The notes beneath the pieces were generated by a model. That model saw only the letters and a program-made list of their open reading frames with translations, ran no database searches and was not told the DNA's origin. A program made the position numbers and the translations under genes. A stretch of 57,779 nt of DNA from Candidatus Desulfaltia bathyphila (GTDB lineage: Bacteria > Desulfobacterota > Desulfobacteria > Desulfobacterales > ETH-SRB1), in assembly GCA_014381545.1 (NCBI GenBank), contig JACNLL010000026.1, forward strand, positions 1-57,779, read 5' to 3'. This document shows positions 49,497 to 57,779 of the stretch, piece after piece (positions within the stretch are counted from its first letter, which is position 1; every line of letters begins with the position of its first letter).

Positions 49497-50164
49497 GTTA
49501 GATATCCCAGTATTGATGTTCCTGCTTTTACCCTGTCTTCAATGCACACGTTTAACTTTGTGTCATCAGGCAAATAAACATCGAGCCGTGAGCCAAAGCA
49601 TATCATACCAAAACGCTGCCCACGGGCCATTTTATCGCCATCATGAACCTCGCAGATAATTCGCCTGGCAATCAGCCCTGCAATCTGGACAACACAATAT
49701 TTTTTCCCCTGGTTTGTTTTAATAAAAACCGCATTTCGTTCATTATCTGTTGATGCCTTGTTGAAATTTGCGGAAATAAATTTTCCTGGATAATAATTGA
49801 TCTTTTCGACCTTCCCTTCATGCGGAATGCGATTTACATGGACATTAAACACCGACATGAAGATGCTTATCTTAAGGCAACGACCTTCAAAATATGGATT
49901 GCTATTCTTGATGCACGCTTCAACAACCTTTCCATCTGCAGGCGAAACAACTGCGCTGTTCTTATTGGTGACAACCCGATCCGGATCTCTAAAAAAATAG
50001 CAGATAAAAATGGTAACTGCAAGCCCTGTCAAAGACAAAACAGTCAGTTCCAATAGAGCAAACACAGCGGTTATAAATGCTGAAGCTAAAATAAAAGGAT
50101 ACCCGGCTTTTGCCACAGAAAATGCTGTTTGCCCGGGTGGATCGGGCCGGGAAAAATTGTCCAT
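49493..50164 (-). CDS. psd: Phosphatidylserine decarboxylase
   Basis: FFRDPDR, SPADG, IFMSVFNVHVNR, QIAG..ARRI, FGSR. Confidence 0.94.
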   Translation of the reverse strand: MDNFSRPDPPGQTAFSVAKAGYPFILASAFITAVFALLELTVLSLTGLAVTIFICYFFRDPDRVVTNKNSAVVSPADGKVVEACIKNSNPYFEGRCLKISIFMSVFNVHVNRIPHEGKVEKINYYPGKFISANFNKASTDNERNAVFIKTNQGKKYCVVQIAGLIARRIICEVHDGDKMARGQRFGMICFGSRLDVYLPDDTKLNVCIEDRVKAGTSILGYLT

Positions 50165-50194
50165 TTAATTATGTTATCATATTAAACAATAATG

Positions 50195-50884
50195 TCAACG
50201 AGAGCTTTCGCTGCTTAACTCTGCGTATGATTTTCGTATGTAAAAAGGCACAAAACTGCGGATATCATCTGTGTCATTGTTTTTAAATCTATCCATACTG
50301 ATATTTGCTATCGTCGAAGCCCGAATAGCGCTTTGACTGGGCAAGGCAAAATGTGCAAGAACTCCCAACTTATCTCTAATAAGCTTTTGATAAACAAATG
50401 CGCCGTCTCCAACAAATATACACGCTTCATTAATATCACAAACAGCTTCGCCGGGAGGCAGGACCTGCTCGTCAATTTCTTTTTTCAAAATACCCCCGTT
50501 AAATCTGTAACGTGAAAAATAGACCTCCCCCCTGCGGGCGTCTAAAAGAGGACAGATGAGATATTGAGAAAAAAAACACTGCCTGGCAAGCGCATCAAGG
50601 CTTGAAACACCTACCAGAGGTTTGCGGGTTGCCGCAGCCAGCCCCTTTATTGAACTTATTCCTATTCGAAGACCGGTGAAACTTCCAGGGCCTCTGGTTA
50701 CAGCAAATCCGTCCAGTTCGGAAACAATAATGCCCGATAATTTAATAGCGGCATTTATCATCTCCATTAAGTGTTTTGAATGTGTTTGTTCTCTGCACAG
50801 GGTAAGCTCGGCCAGCACGGATTCCTTATCAACTATCGCAACACTGCAACTTTTTACAGCTGTATCAACAGCGAGTATTTTCAT
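50195..50884 (-). CDS. tsaB: tRNA threonylcarbamoyladenosine biosynthesis protein
   Basis: ILAVDTA, GPGSFTGLRIG, DARRGEVY, P.YIRKS. Confidence 0.95.
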   Translation of the reverse strand: MKILAVDTAVKSCSVAIVDKESVLAELTLCREQTHSKHLMEMINAAIKLSGIIVSELDGFAVTRGPGSFTGLRIGISSIKGLAAATRKPLVGVSSLDALARQCFFSQYLICPLLDARRGEVYFSRYRFNGGILKKEIDEQVLPPGEAVCDINEACIFVGDGAFVYQKLIRDKLGVLAHFALPSQSAIRASTIANISMDRFKNNDTDDIRSFVPFYIRKSYAELSSESSR

Positions 50885-53283
50885 TTAGTTGTCCGTTGCT
50901 TTGATTTCTTTTTCTTTTCAATGGCTATACTAAGGACTTCATCCATACTGCTTACAGGAACGAATTTTATTTTTCGTCTTACATTCGCCGGAATCTCGGT
51001 TAAATCCTTTTTGTTCTTCTCAGGTAATATAACAGTATGAATTCCTGCCCTTAAAGCTCCAAGAGATTTTTCCTTCAAGCCCCCTACAGGAAGAACCCGC
51101 CCTCGAAGGGTAATCTCGCCCGTCATGGCAACATCTTTGCAAATCGGCTTATTGGTCATGGCGGAAATAAGGGCTGTAGCCATTGCAATGCCGGCAGACG
51201 GCCCATCTTTGGGTATAGCGCCGGCCGGAACATGGATATGCACATCATGATTTTCAAACAGGTTTTCCTTTATTTTATACAAACTAAGATTTGCCCTGGC
51301 ATAAGTAACGGCCGCACGAGCAGACTCCTGCATTACATCTCCAAGCTGTCCGGTTACAATCAAATCACCTTTTCCTCTAATCAAAGAGGCTTCCACATAC
51401 AGGACCTCACCGCCGGCCTGTGTCCAGGCAAGGCCTGTGGATAAGCCGACCTGACTGTTTTCCTGATCCATTTCAGGGAGATATTTCGGCACACCCATAT
51501 ATTTTTGCAGGTTGCTTTTTGTGATATTAAAAGGCTCTTTTTTTCCTTCGGCAATTTTGCGTGCCACTTTTCGACATAGGTTTCCTATCTCCCGTTCAAG
51601 GTTTCTTAAGCCTGCCTCTGATGTGTATTCTCTAATTAATTGCTGCAACGCCCCGGTGCTGATACTCATGGTTTTGGGATTTAAACCGTTTTCCTTTATC
51701 TGCCGCGGCAAAAGGTACTTTTGGGCAATGACCCTTTTTTCCTCTTCCATATATCCGGAAAGTGAAATAATCTCCATCCTGTCCAGAAGAGCTGAAGGAA
51801 TAGTATCTGTCAAGTTTGCTGTAAGTATAAATATAACATTTGAAAGATCAAAGGGCAGGTTAAGATAGTGATCGCTAAATCCAAAATTCTGCTCAGGATC
51901 AAAGGCTTCTAACAGAGCAGAGGAAGGATCCCCGCGAAAATCTGCTCCAAGCTTGTCGATCTCGTCCATCATAAAAACAGGATTCTTTGTGCCGCACTGT
52001 TTCAACCCCTGCAATATGCGTCCCGGCAAAGCCCCTATATATGTACGACGATGGCCCCTTATTTCTGCTTCATCACGTATGCCGCCCAAAGAAATGCGCA
52101 CAAATTTTCGTTTCATGGCATTAGCAATCGAACGCCCCATCGAGGTCTTTCCAACGCCCGGGGGGCCGACAAAGCAAAGAATCGGGCCTTTGCTCTCAGG
52201 GTTAAGCTTACGAACACTTAAATATTCCAGCACGCGATCCTTTACCTTGTCAAGAGCATAATGGTCCGCATCAAGCAGCTTTTTTGCGTTCTTTATATTG
52301 ATTACATCTTTGGTCGTTATGCTCCAGGGCATATCAACAAGCCAGTCCAGGTAGGTTCGTATTACCGAAGCCTCCGCAGAGTCGGGATGCATCTGTTCCA
52401 GTCTTTTTAACTGTCTTTTCGCCTCTTTCTCCGCCTCCTTTGACATCTTTGCTTTTTTGATCCTTTTTTTGTAGTCGGTTATCTCCTGTTTCCTTTCATC
52501 CTGCTCACCCAATTCCTTATGGATAGCTCTCATCTGCTCCCTTAAAAAATAATCTCGCTGATTTTTAGAAATTTCATCCCTGACATCAGACTGAATCTTG
52601 GCCTGGATGGATGAAAGCTCAACTTCACGGGAAAGCAGGTCGTTTGTTTTGTTGAGGCGCTTTACAGGATCGATATGTTCCAGCACTGTTTGCGACTCCT
52701 TTATTTTCAGCTTTAAATTGGATGCGACAAGATCGGCAAGCTTGCCGGGATCATTTATGCTTTCCAGAATACTGCTCACATCACCTGTTAATTCCCCGCG
52801 GAGCGCCAGGATTTTTTTGGAATAGTCCCGGACATTTCTCATCATAGCCTCAACTTCAAGGCTTATTTTTCTTACAGGATTTTCAGGAATAATTTCAATT
52901 TTTACAAGATACAAATCCTTCCTTTTTACATACCTTACAATCCGGGCTTTGGAAACTCCCTGCACAAGGGCCTTAACGCTGCCGTCAGGAAGCTTTAACA
53001 TGCGAAGGATACGGCTGACGGTTCCAACCCTGTAGATTTCACTGGGCTTGGGGGCCTCAACATTTGGATCCTTCTGGGTAACCAGCATTAAAAAACTGTC
53101 CTTTGTTACAGCCTCTTCTACAGCACGCACCGACTTTTCACGTCCAACAAAAAGAGGCAGCAACATATCGTTAAAAATCACTACATCACGAACAGGCATT
53201 AAAGGTAAAACAGCAGGTATGTCGGCATCCCTTACATTTCCGTCAATAATGCTGATAAGGTCATCTTTGTCAGATTCAGCCAT
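50881..53283 (-). CDS. lon: Lon protease
   Basis: [42 protein letters not shown]. Confidence 0.98.
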   Translation of the reverse strand: MAESDKDDLISIIDGNVRDADIPAVLPLMPVRDVVIFNDMLLPLFVGREKSVRAVEEAVTKDSFLMLVTQKDPNVEAPKPSEIYRVGTVSRILRMLKLPDGSVKALVQGVSKARIVRYVKRKDLYLVKIEIIPENPVRKISLEVEAMMRNVRDYSKKILALRGELTGDVSSILESINDPGKLADLVASNLKLKIKESQTVLEHIDPVKRLNKTNDLLSREVELSSIQAKIQSDVRDEISKNQRDYFLREQMRAIHKELGEQDERKQEITDYKKRIKKAKMSKEAEKEAKRQLKRLEQMHPDSAEASVIRTYLDWLVDMPWSITTKDVINIKNAKKLLDADHYALDKVKDRVLEYLSVRKLNPESKGPILCFVGPPGVGKTSMGRSIANAMKRKFVRISLGGIRDEAEIRGHRRTYIGALPGRILQGLKQCGTKNPVFMMDEIDKLGADFRGDPSSALLEAFDPEQNFGFSDHYLNLPFDLSNVIFILTANLTDTIPSALLDRMEIISLSGYMEEEKRVIAQKYLLPRQIKENGLNPKTMSISTGALQQLIREYTSEAGLRNLEREIGNLCRKVARKIAEGKKEPFNITKSNLQKYMGVPKYLPEMDQENSQVGLSTGLAWTQAGGEVLYVEASLIRGKGDLIVTGQLGDVMQESARAAVTYARANLSLYKIKENLFENHDVHIHVPAGAIPKDGPSAGIAMATALISAMTNKPICKDVAMTGEITLRGRVLPVGGLKEKSLGALRAGIHTVILPEKNKKDLTEIPANVRRKIKFVPVSSMDEVLSIAIEKKKKSKQRTTK

Positions 53284-53433
53284 AATTTCTCCTTATAATA
53301 TATTCCCCTTCATAACAGCCTAAAAAACCTTAAAGTTATTTACAGGCGAAGAATTTAAACTCAAAACTAATATTATAAAACATAATTTATCTTTGACAAT
53401 ATCAATCTTGATTTTTCAATGAAACATACTTAT

Positions 53434-53594
53434 ACCTAAATTAAGCGATTTTTTACTCGATCTGCACCAATCTCTTGCGCATCAGGGATTCGCAAAAATC
53501 CTCGACATATCCACGGGTATGCCTGTGGTTTTCGCAAACCCTTATGCATCAAGATCTCGGCACATATCTTCGCAATAAATCGCTCAACTTAGGT
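53434..53594. mobile_element. Second MITE-like long hairpin element
   Basis: ACCTAAATTAAGCGATT ... AATCGCTCAACTTAGGT termini in TAT-containing flanks; interior self-complementary. Confidence 0.7.
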
Positions 53595-53626
53595 TATAAT
53601 ATTTAAAATTTTGATTGAGGAACAAA

Positions 53627-54403
53627 ATGTTCTCTTGCCTGGTCCAAATAATAATTTTTATATTCGGCATGTGTCTGGGAAGCTTTGTAAATGTGTGTAT
53701 ATACAGGCTGCCGGCCTCGAAATCAATCATTGATCCACTTCGTTCAATCTGTCCAAATTGCGGCAGTATAATACGATTCTACGACAATATTCCTGTTTTA
53801 AGCTATCTCCTGCTTAAAAGACGATGCCGCCATTGTAATAAGCCAATATCTTACCGTTATCCGCTTGTGGAAATTATGAGCGGCGTTTTTGCGCTCTGCA
53901 CATTTCTCAAGTTTGGGCCTACTCTCGAAGCACTTGTTTACTTTGCTTTCATTACAGCCCTGCTCGTAATAACCTTTATCGATATTAATCATAAGATCAT
54001 ACCGGATATAATAACTATTCCCGGCATACCTGCAGGCTTCCTGGCATCCTTTGCCCTCCCGTCAATAACATACAAGGAATCTCTGCTGGGACTTCTTGCC
54101 GGAGGAGGAACTCTCCTGTTGGTTGGGTGGATCTATTATCTAATTAAAAAGGCCGAGGGCATGGGAGGCGGAGACATAAAGCTCATGGCTATGATTGGAA
54201 TAATCGTTGGCTGGGAAGGTATACTCTTTACAATCTTTTTTTCATCTCTTATCGGAACTCTTGTCGGAATCACAATCATGCTGCGCACGAAAAAGGGAAT
54301 GAAAGTCGCCGTGCCATTCGGCCCGTTTCTATCTATAGGCGCTATCACCTATATCTTTTTTGGACCCGGTCTGACATCCTGGTATTTTAATTTACTCAGA
54401 TAG
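53627..54403 (+). CDS. pilD: Prepilin peptidase
   Basis: GSFVNVCIYRLP, CPNC, DNIP, CRHC, GMGGGDIKL, VPFGPFL. Confidence 0.95.
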   Translation: MFSCLVQIIIFIFGMCLGSFVNVCIYRLPASKSIIDPLRSICPNCGSIIRFYDNIPVLSYLLLKRRCRHCNKPISYRYPLVEIMSGVFALCTFLKFGPTLEALVYFAFITALLVITFIDINHKIIPDIITIPGIPAGFLASFALPSITYKESLLGLLAGGGTLLLVGWIYYLIKKAEGMGGGDIKLMAMIGIIVGWEGILFTIFFSSLIGTLVGITIMLRTKKGMKVAVPFGPFLSIGAITYIFFGPGLTSWYFNLLR

Positions 54404-54428
54404 GTTGCTACGACGTATTTATAGATAA

Positions 54429-55064
54429 TCATAGAAAAAAAGATGCATTTTGTTGCATCATTTCAAAGTCATTCTCAGTCAAACCAGCGCCGCAAACAAT
54501 GCGTTGCGCCATGCTTTTATCGATTAAATCACCAGGATCGTGCGCGTCAGTATTAATTACAAGCTTTGCGCCAATTTTACCGGCAAGCTTTGCAACATGT
54601 CCGTTGGTTAAAGAATGCCCCTTACGTGCCGATATCTCCAAAAAAATCCCTTTTTCTTTTGCTGTTAAAACCTCTTCTTCACTAATCAGACCCGGATGCG
54701 CAAGTATATCGATATCTGCTTCCAGAGCAGCCCTGTTGGTACCGGCAGCAACCGGTTCGACAATTGTTTCGCCATGAACGATGATGATCTTTGCACCCAG
54801 AGAACGCGCTTTTCTGACATTATTCGCTATCAAGGAAGGGTAAACATGTGTAATTTCTATGCCTGGAATGACCTTTATCTTTACGACTCTATTTAGCTCT
54901 TCCGCTATTGCGACTATCCTGGGAATTATAAGGTCGAGATTGGACAAATCACCATGGTCGGTAATCCCGATTCCTCTTAGCCCCGCAAATTCAGCGCGCC
55001 TGACAAGCTCGGACGGAATCAAAGCCCCATCGCTAAAAATTGAATGGGTATGAAGATCAATCAT
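54429..55064 (-). CDS. PHP-domain protein (histidinol-phosphatase-like)
   Basis: DLHTHS..SDG, ITDH, VHGET..EPV, LAHPG, NTDAH. Confidence 0.88.
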   Translation of the reverse strand: MIDLHTHSIFSDGALIPSELVRRAEFAGLRGIGITDHGDLSNLDLIIPRIVAIAEELNRVVKIKVIPGIEITHVYPSLIANNVRKARSLGAKIIIVHGETIVEPVAAGTNRAALEADIDILAHPGLISEEEVLTAKEKGIFLEISARKGHSLTNGHVAKLAGKIGAKLVINTDAHDPGDLIDKSMAQRIVCGAGLTENDFEMMQQNASFFL

Positions 55065-55080
55065 GATTTATTATCCTCTT

Positions 55081-55116
55081 AATCCTGTAATCCTATAATC
55101 CTATAATCCTTAATCC
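55081..55116. repeat. (AATCCTAT)-type octamer tandem
   Basis: aatcctgt aatcctat aatcctat aatcctt aatcc. Confidence 0.75.
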
Positions 55117-55120
55117 TTTT

Positions 55121-55618
55121 CTATACCTTATATTTGCCGAAATCTTCTGAAGAAAGTTGTTCAAGATATTCCGCCCATTTTTTTCCTTCTTCGCTTTTGT
55201 CCACGGCTTCTGCTTTAACATCTTTCTGCTTTGATTTAGCAATAACCTCGTCGTTGACATAAATAGGAGCGCTAAACCGCAAAGCAATGGCTATTGCGTC
55301 ACTCGGGCGGGCATCCACACTGAAATTTTTCTCTTTGGAAGCAAAATATATTCTGGCATAAAAGGTATTATCCTTTAAATCACATACCTCAACCTTTGGC
55401 ACATCAATATCAAGCATACTGGTAAAATTCTTGAAAAGATCATGTGTCATGGGACGATCGAACTTTATATTCTGTATACTCGAAGCTATGGAGGTTGCTT
55501 CGAGCAATCCAATCCATATTGGAATAACCCGGCCATCTTCCTCCGATTTTAAAATAATAATCGGTGTGTTTGATGTCGGATCCATAGTCAAGCCTGCTAT
55601 GCTTACCCTGTGCAGCAT
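55121..55618 (-). CDS. Bifunctional nuclease family protein (DUF151)
   Basis: IPIWIG..EA, RPMTHDL, DARPSDAIA.ALR. Confidence 0.92.
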   Translation of the reverse strand: MLHRVSIAGLTMDPTSNTPIIILKSEEDGRVIPIWIGLLEATSIASSIQNIKFDRPMTHDLFKNFTSMLDIDVPKVEVCDLKDNTFYARIYFASKEKNFSVDARPSDAIAIALRFSAPIYVNDEVIAKSKQKDVKAEAVDKSEEGKKWAEYLEQLSSEDFGKYKV

Positions 55619-55678
55619 AATCTTTTTTCTCCTTTCAACCCAGCAATTCTTTGATGAACTCCTGAAAAGTCAAATTCA

Positions 55679-57052
55679 TTAGGTCATAATCGGTATCCCC
55701 TGAAGAGAATGCGACAATGCTTTTTCAATCCTTACATTCATTATCTTGCCTGAAAAATTTTCATCACGAAAAGAAACATCATTGTTTGGAATAAAGTTTA
55801 CGATCTTGTTTGTTAATGTCCTTCCGGTCCATTGGATATTCTTGCTGTTTACATCAGTTTTAATCTGCTTTTTGCTTAGCCCTTCTACAAGTATTGATTG
55901 GGGCGATCCAACCAGAACTTCGTTCTTTTTTTTTGTATAATATTCCTGTGATTTCAATAATTCAATCAACCTGTCTTTCTTATCCTGTTCAGAAACCTTG
56001 TCGTGAAAAAGAGCTGAAGGTACATTTGGCCGATCGGAATACTTAAAGACAAATATATCATCATATTGCAGTGTTTTGATCAAGTCCAGCGTTTCATTAA
56101 AGTCATCCTCGGTCTCCCCTGGAAAACCTACAATAAAATCGGAAGTAATGGCTATTTCCGGACAAATATTTCGCAGTTTATCCACCTTTGCAAGATAATA
56201 ATCCCTGGAATATTTCCGGTTCATCCTTTTTAATACCCTGTCCGAGCCTGATTGTACAGGCAAATGTATATGACTACATAATTTATCAAGGTTTTTAAAG
56301 GCATAAATTAAATCATCTGAAAGATCCTTTGGGTGTGAAGTAGTAAATCTGATTCTTAAAAGACCGTCAATTTCATTAATAAGAGAGAGCAGTTCGGGGA
56401 ATGAACACAACCCTTCCTTCTTACCGAAACTGTTTACGTTCTGCCCAAGAAGGGTAACCTCTTTTATGCCGGATTCAACAAGGCCGCGGATCTCGCCAAC
56501 TATTTTCTCAGGGCTCCTGCTCGCCTCCCTGCCCCTCACAAAGGGAACCACACAGTATGTGCAATAATTATCACAGCCCTGCATTATGGTTACAAAGCTT
56601 GCAACCCTGCCCTTATCATCCATATCAGCGCTAAAAACAGATTCGTCTATTCCTTCCGGCATTTCAATGTCGACAATGCGGCATTTTTTAGCCTCTATCC
56701 GTTCAATCATACCCGGCAGGCGGCCAATGGCATGGGTCCCGAAAACAAGGTCAAGGTACGGCACACGTTCCAGCATATTAAGCCCTTCCTGTTGCGCCAC
56801 ACATCCACCAACCCCTAAAATAAGATCAGGTTTTTTTCTTTTAAGGCGCGCAAGACGGCCTAAAAAGCTGAACACTTTCTGCTCCGCCTTTTCCCTGATA
56901 GCGCATGTATTAACAATAATCAGGTCGGCAATCTCAGGGGATGAGGTCATTTTATATTGTAATGGTTTTAATACCTTTGAAATCTGTTCGGAGTCATAAA
57001 CATTCATCTGACATCCGATGGTATTAATATATAAGTATTTAGTATTCATCAA
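55679..57052 (-). CDS. miaB: tRNA-2-methylthio-N6-isopentenyladenosine synthase
   Basis: TIGCQMN.YDSE, NTCAIREKAE, GCDNYCTYCVVP, HLPVQSGS, IVGFPGET. Confidence 0.96.
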   Translation of the reverse strand: MMNTKYLYINTIGCQMNVYDSEQISKVLKPLQYKMTSSPEIADLIIVNTCAIREKAEQKVFSFLGRLARLKRKKPDLILGVGGCVAQQEGLNMLERVPYLDLVFGTHAIGRLPGMIERIEAKKCRIVDIEMPEGIDESVFSADMDDKGRVASFVTIMQGCDNYCTYCVVPFVRGREASRSPEKIVGEIRGLVESGIKEVTLLGQNVNSFGKKEGLCSFPELLSLINEIDGLLRIRFTTSHPKDLSDDLIYAFKNLDKLCSHIHLPVQSGSDRVLKRMNRKYSRDYYLAKVDKLRNICPEIAITSDFIVGFPGETEDDFNETLDLIKTLQYDDIFVFKYSDRPNVPSALFHDKVSEQDKKDRLIELLKSQEYYTKKKNEVLVGSPQSILVEGLSKKQIKTDVNSKNIQWTGRTLTNKIVNFIPNNDVSFRDENFSGKIMNVRIEKALSHSLQGIPIMT

Positions 57053-57477
57053 TCCTTTTTAGATATCTTCTCACGAATAGTGATCCTTTTTATATCCTGC
57101 ATCTCTATTCTGATATCTGCAAATGAAGCTACGCCATAGCAGGGTTTTTTCTTGTCCACAACAAGCTCGACGACCTTCCCGTCTTTTAAATTCACCTTTG
57201 CATTAACATCCTTATCCTGTAATAGAAAAAAAACAGAGTTTATCTTGTCAAAGTCGATAGATATTTCAACCCTGCCCAGTTTACCTGTAAGACAGGTCAG
57301 CCCGTCACAGGAAAATTTCTCAAGCTCAATCGACACGTCAGACTGGTCTATAAGAGTTACCGAGTAGTTTTCTTCGGGCTCAGGCACAGTTATAGCGTCC
57401 CCTTCTCCCATACCTCCCATTCCAAGCGCACAAAAAGATATTATCACCACGAGGCTAAAATAGAATCCTTTTTTCAT
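57049..57477 (-). CDS. Hypothetical exported protein
   Basis: Strong GGGGGAGG RBS, signal-peptide-like N-terminus, 4-bp overlap with miaB. Confidence 0.7.
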   Translation of the reverse strand: MKKGFYFSLVVIISFCALGMGGMGEGDAITVPEPEENYSVTLIDQSDVSIELEKFSCDGLTCLTGKLGRVEISIDFDKINSVFFLLQDKDVNAKVNLKDGKVVELVVDKKKPCYGVASFADIRIEMQDIKRITIREKISKKD

Positions 57478-57546
57478 AACACCTCCCCCCTCGATTTTGC
57501 AAAATTTATAATCTCTCTCCCTGATCCCTAACACTTAACACCTAAC

Positions 57547-57779
57547 TGGTAAGTGCCACAACATCGTGGACTGCGAGATGTGCCACGACATCGTGGACTT
57601 TTATTAATAGTTCTTTGACAATCGAATAGCTATCACGTTTATGCTCATGGGCACCTATTAACTCAGGAGGTGTTCATGGAAAATAAAATAAAACAGCAAC
57701 GGTTACTGGCAGTACAACGATTCAGGAACGGAGAGAGTCCTAATACAATCTGTGCCTCACTCGGCAAGTCCAAGGCTTG
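57547..57779 (+). mobile_element. Left end of an IS element (IS481-like) with a transposase start truncated by the window edge
   Basis: Two 20-bp direct repeats GTGCCACRACATCGTGGACT (57553, 57580); AGGAGG RBS; ATG 57676 encodes MENKIKQQRLLAVQRFRNGESPNTICASLGKSKA (HTH-like). Confidence 0.6.

Noticed and set aside
57553-57599. Possible mini-CRISPR (two 20-bp repeats)
   Set aside because: The spacer is only 7 bp and the repeats precede a transposase-like ORF; better explained as an IS end.
1-57779. rRNA, tRNA, prophage or defence-system genes
   Set aside because: None recognisable; nearly all long ORFs are assigned to metabolic or housekeeping families.

Overview
Bacterial chromosomal segment, most likely from a Desulfobacterota (Desulfobacterales-like) anaerobe; this is inferred from gene content and protein style. 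The core (20.9-44.1 kb) is one co-directional Wood-Ljungdahl supercluster: fhs-folD-cooS-hdrA-[panB-panG]-mvhD(extended)-hdrC/ferredoxin-mvhD-metV-metF-acsD-acsB-acsC-acsE-fdh fusion. It is flanked by other folate/corrinoid genes (split purH, ASKHA/RACo activator, an inverted Methanosarcinales-like cooC, folE2, btuFCD-like ABC transporter). The most unusual points are: an HdrB-less Hdr/Mvh/MetVF module containing an apparent HdrC::HdrA-C-terminal chimera; panB-panG inserted between hdrA and mvhD; a probably archaeal-derived cooC; and a formate dehydrogenase fusion with an altered NAD(P)H motif. The left part has ppsA, two MscS genes, a nematode-type trehalose-6-phosphate phosphatase and a decayed beta-PGM/GH65 gene. 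The right part is housekeeping (ttcA, rpoZ, greA, asd, leuB, pssA, psd, tsaB, lon, pilD, miaB) and ends in the start of an IS transposase. Intergenic DNA is dense with MITE/REP-like hairpins and 7-9-nt tandem arrays, several arranged as inverted pairs. No rRNA, tRNA, CRISPR array, riboswitch or selenocysteine recoding was seen. All calls come from reading motifs by eye; no database searches were run.
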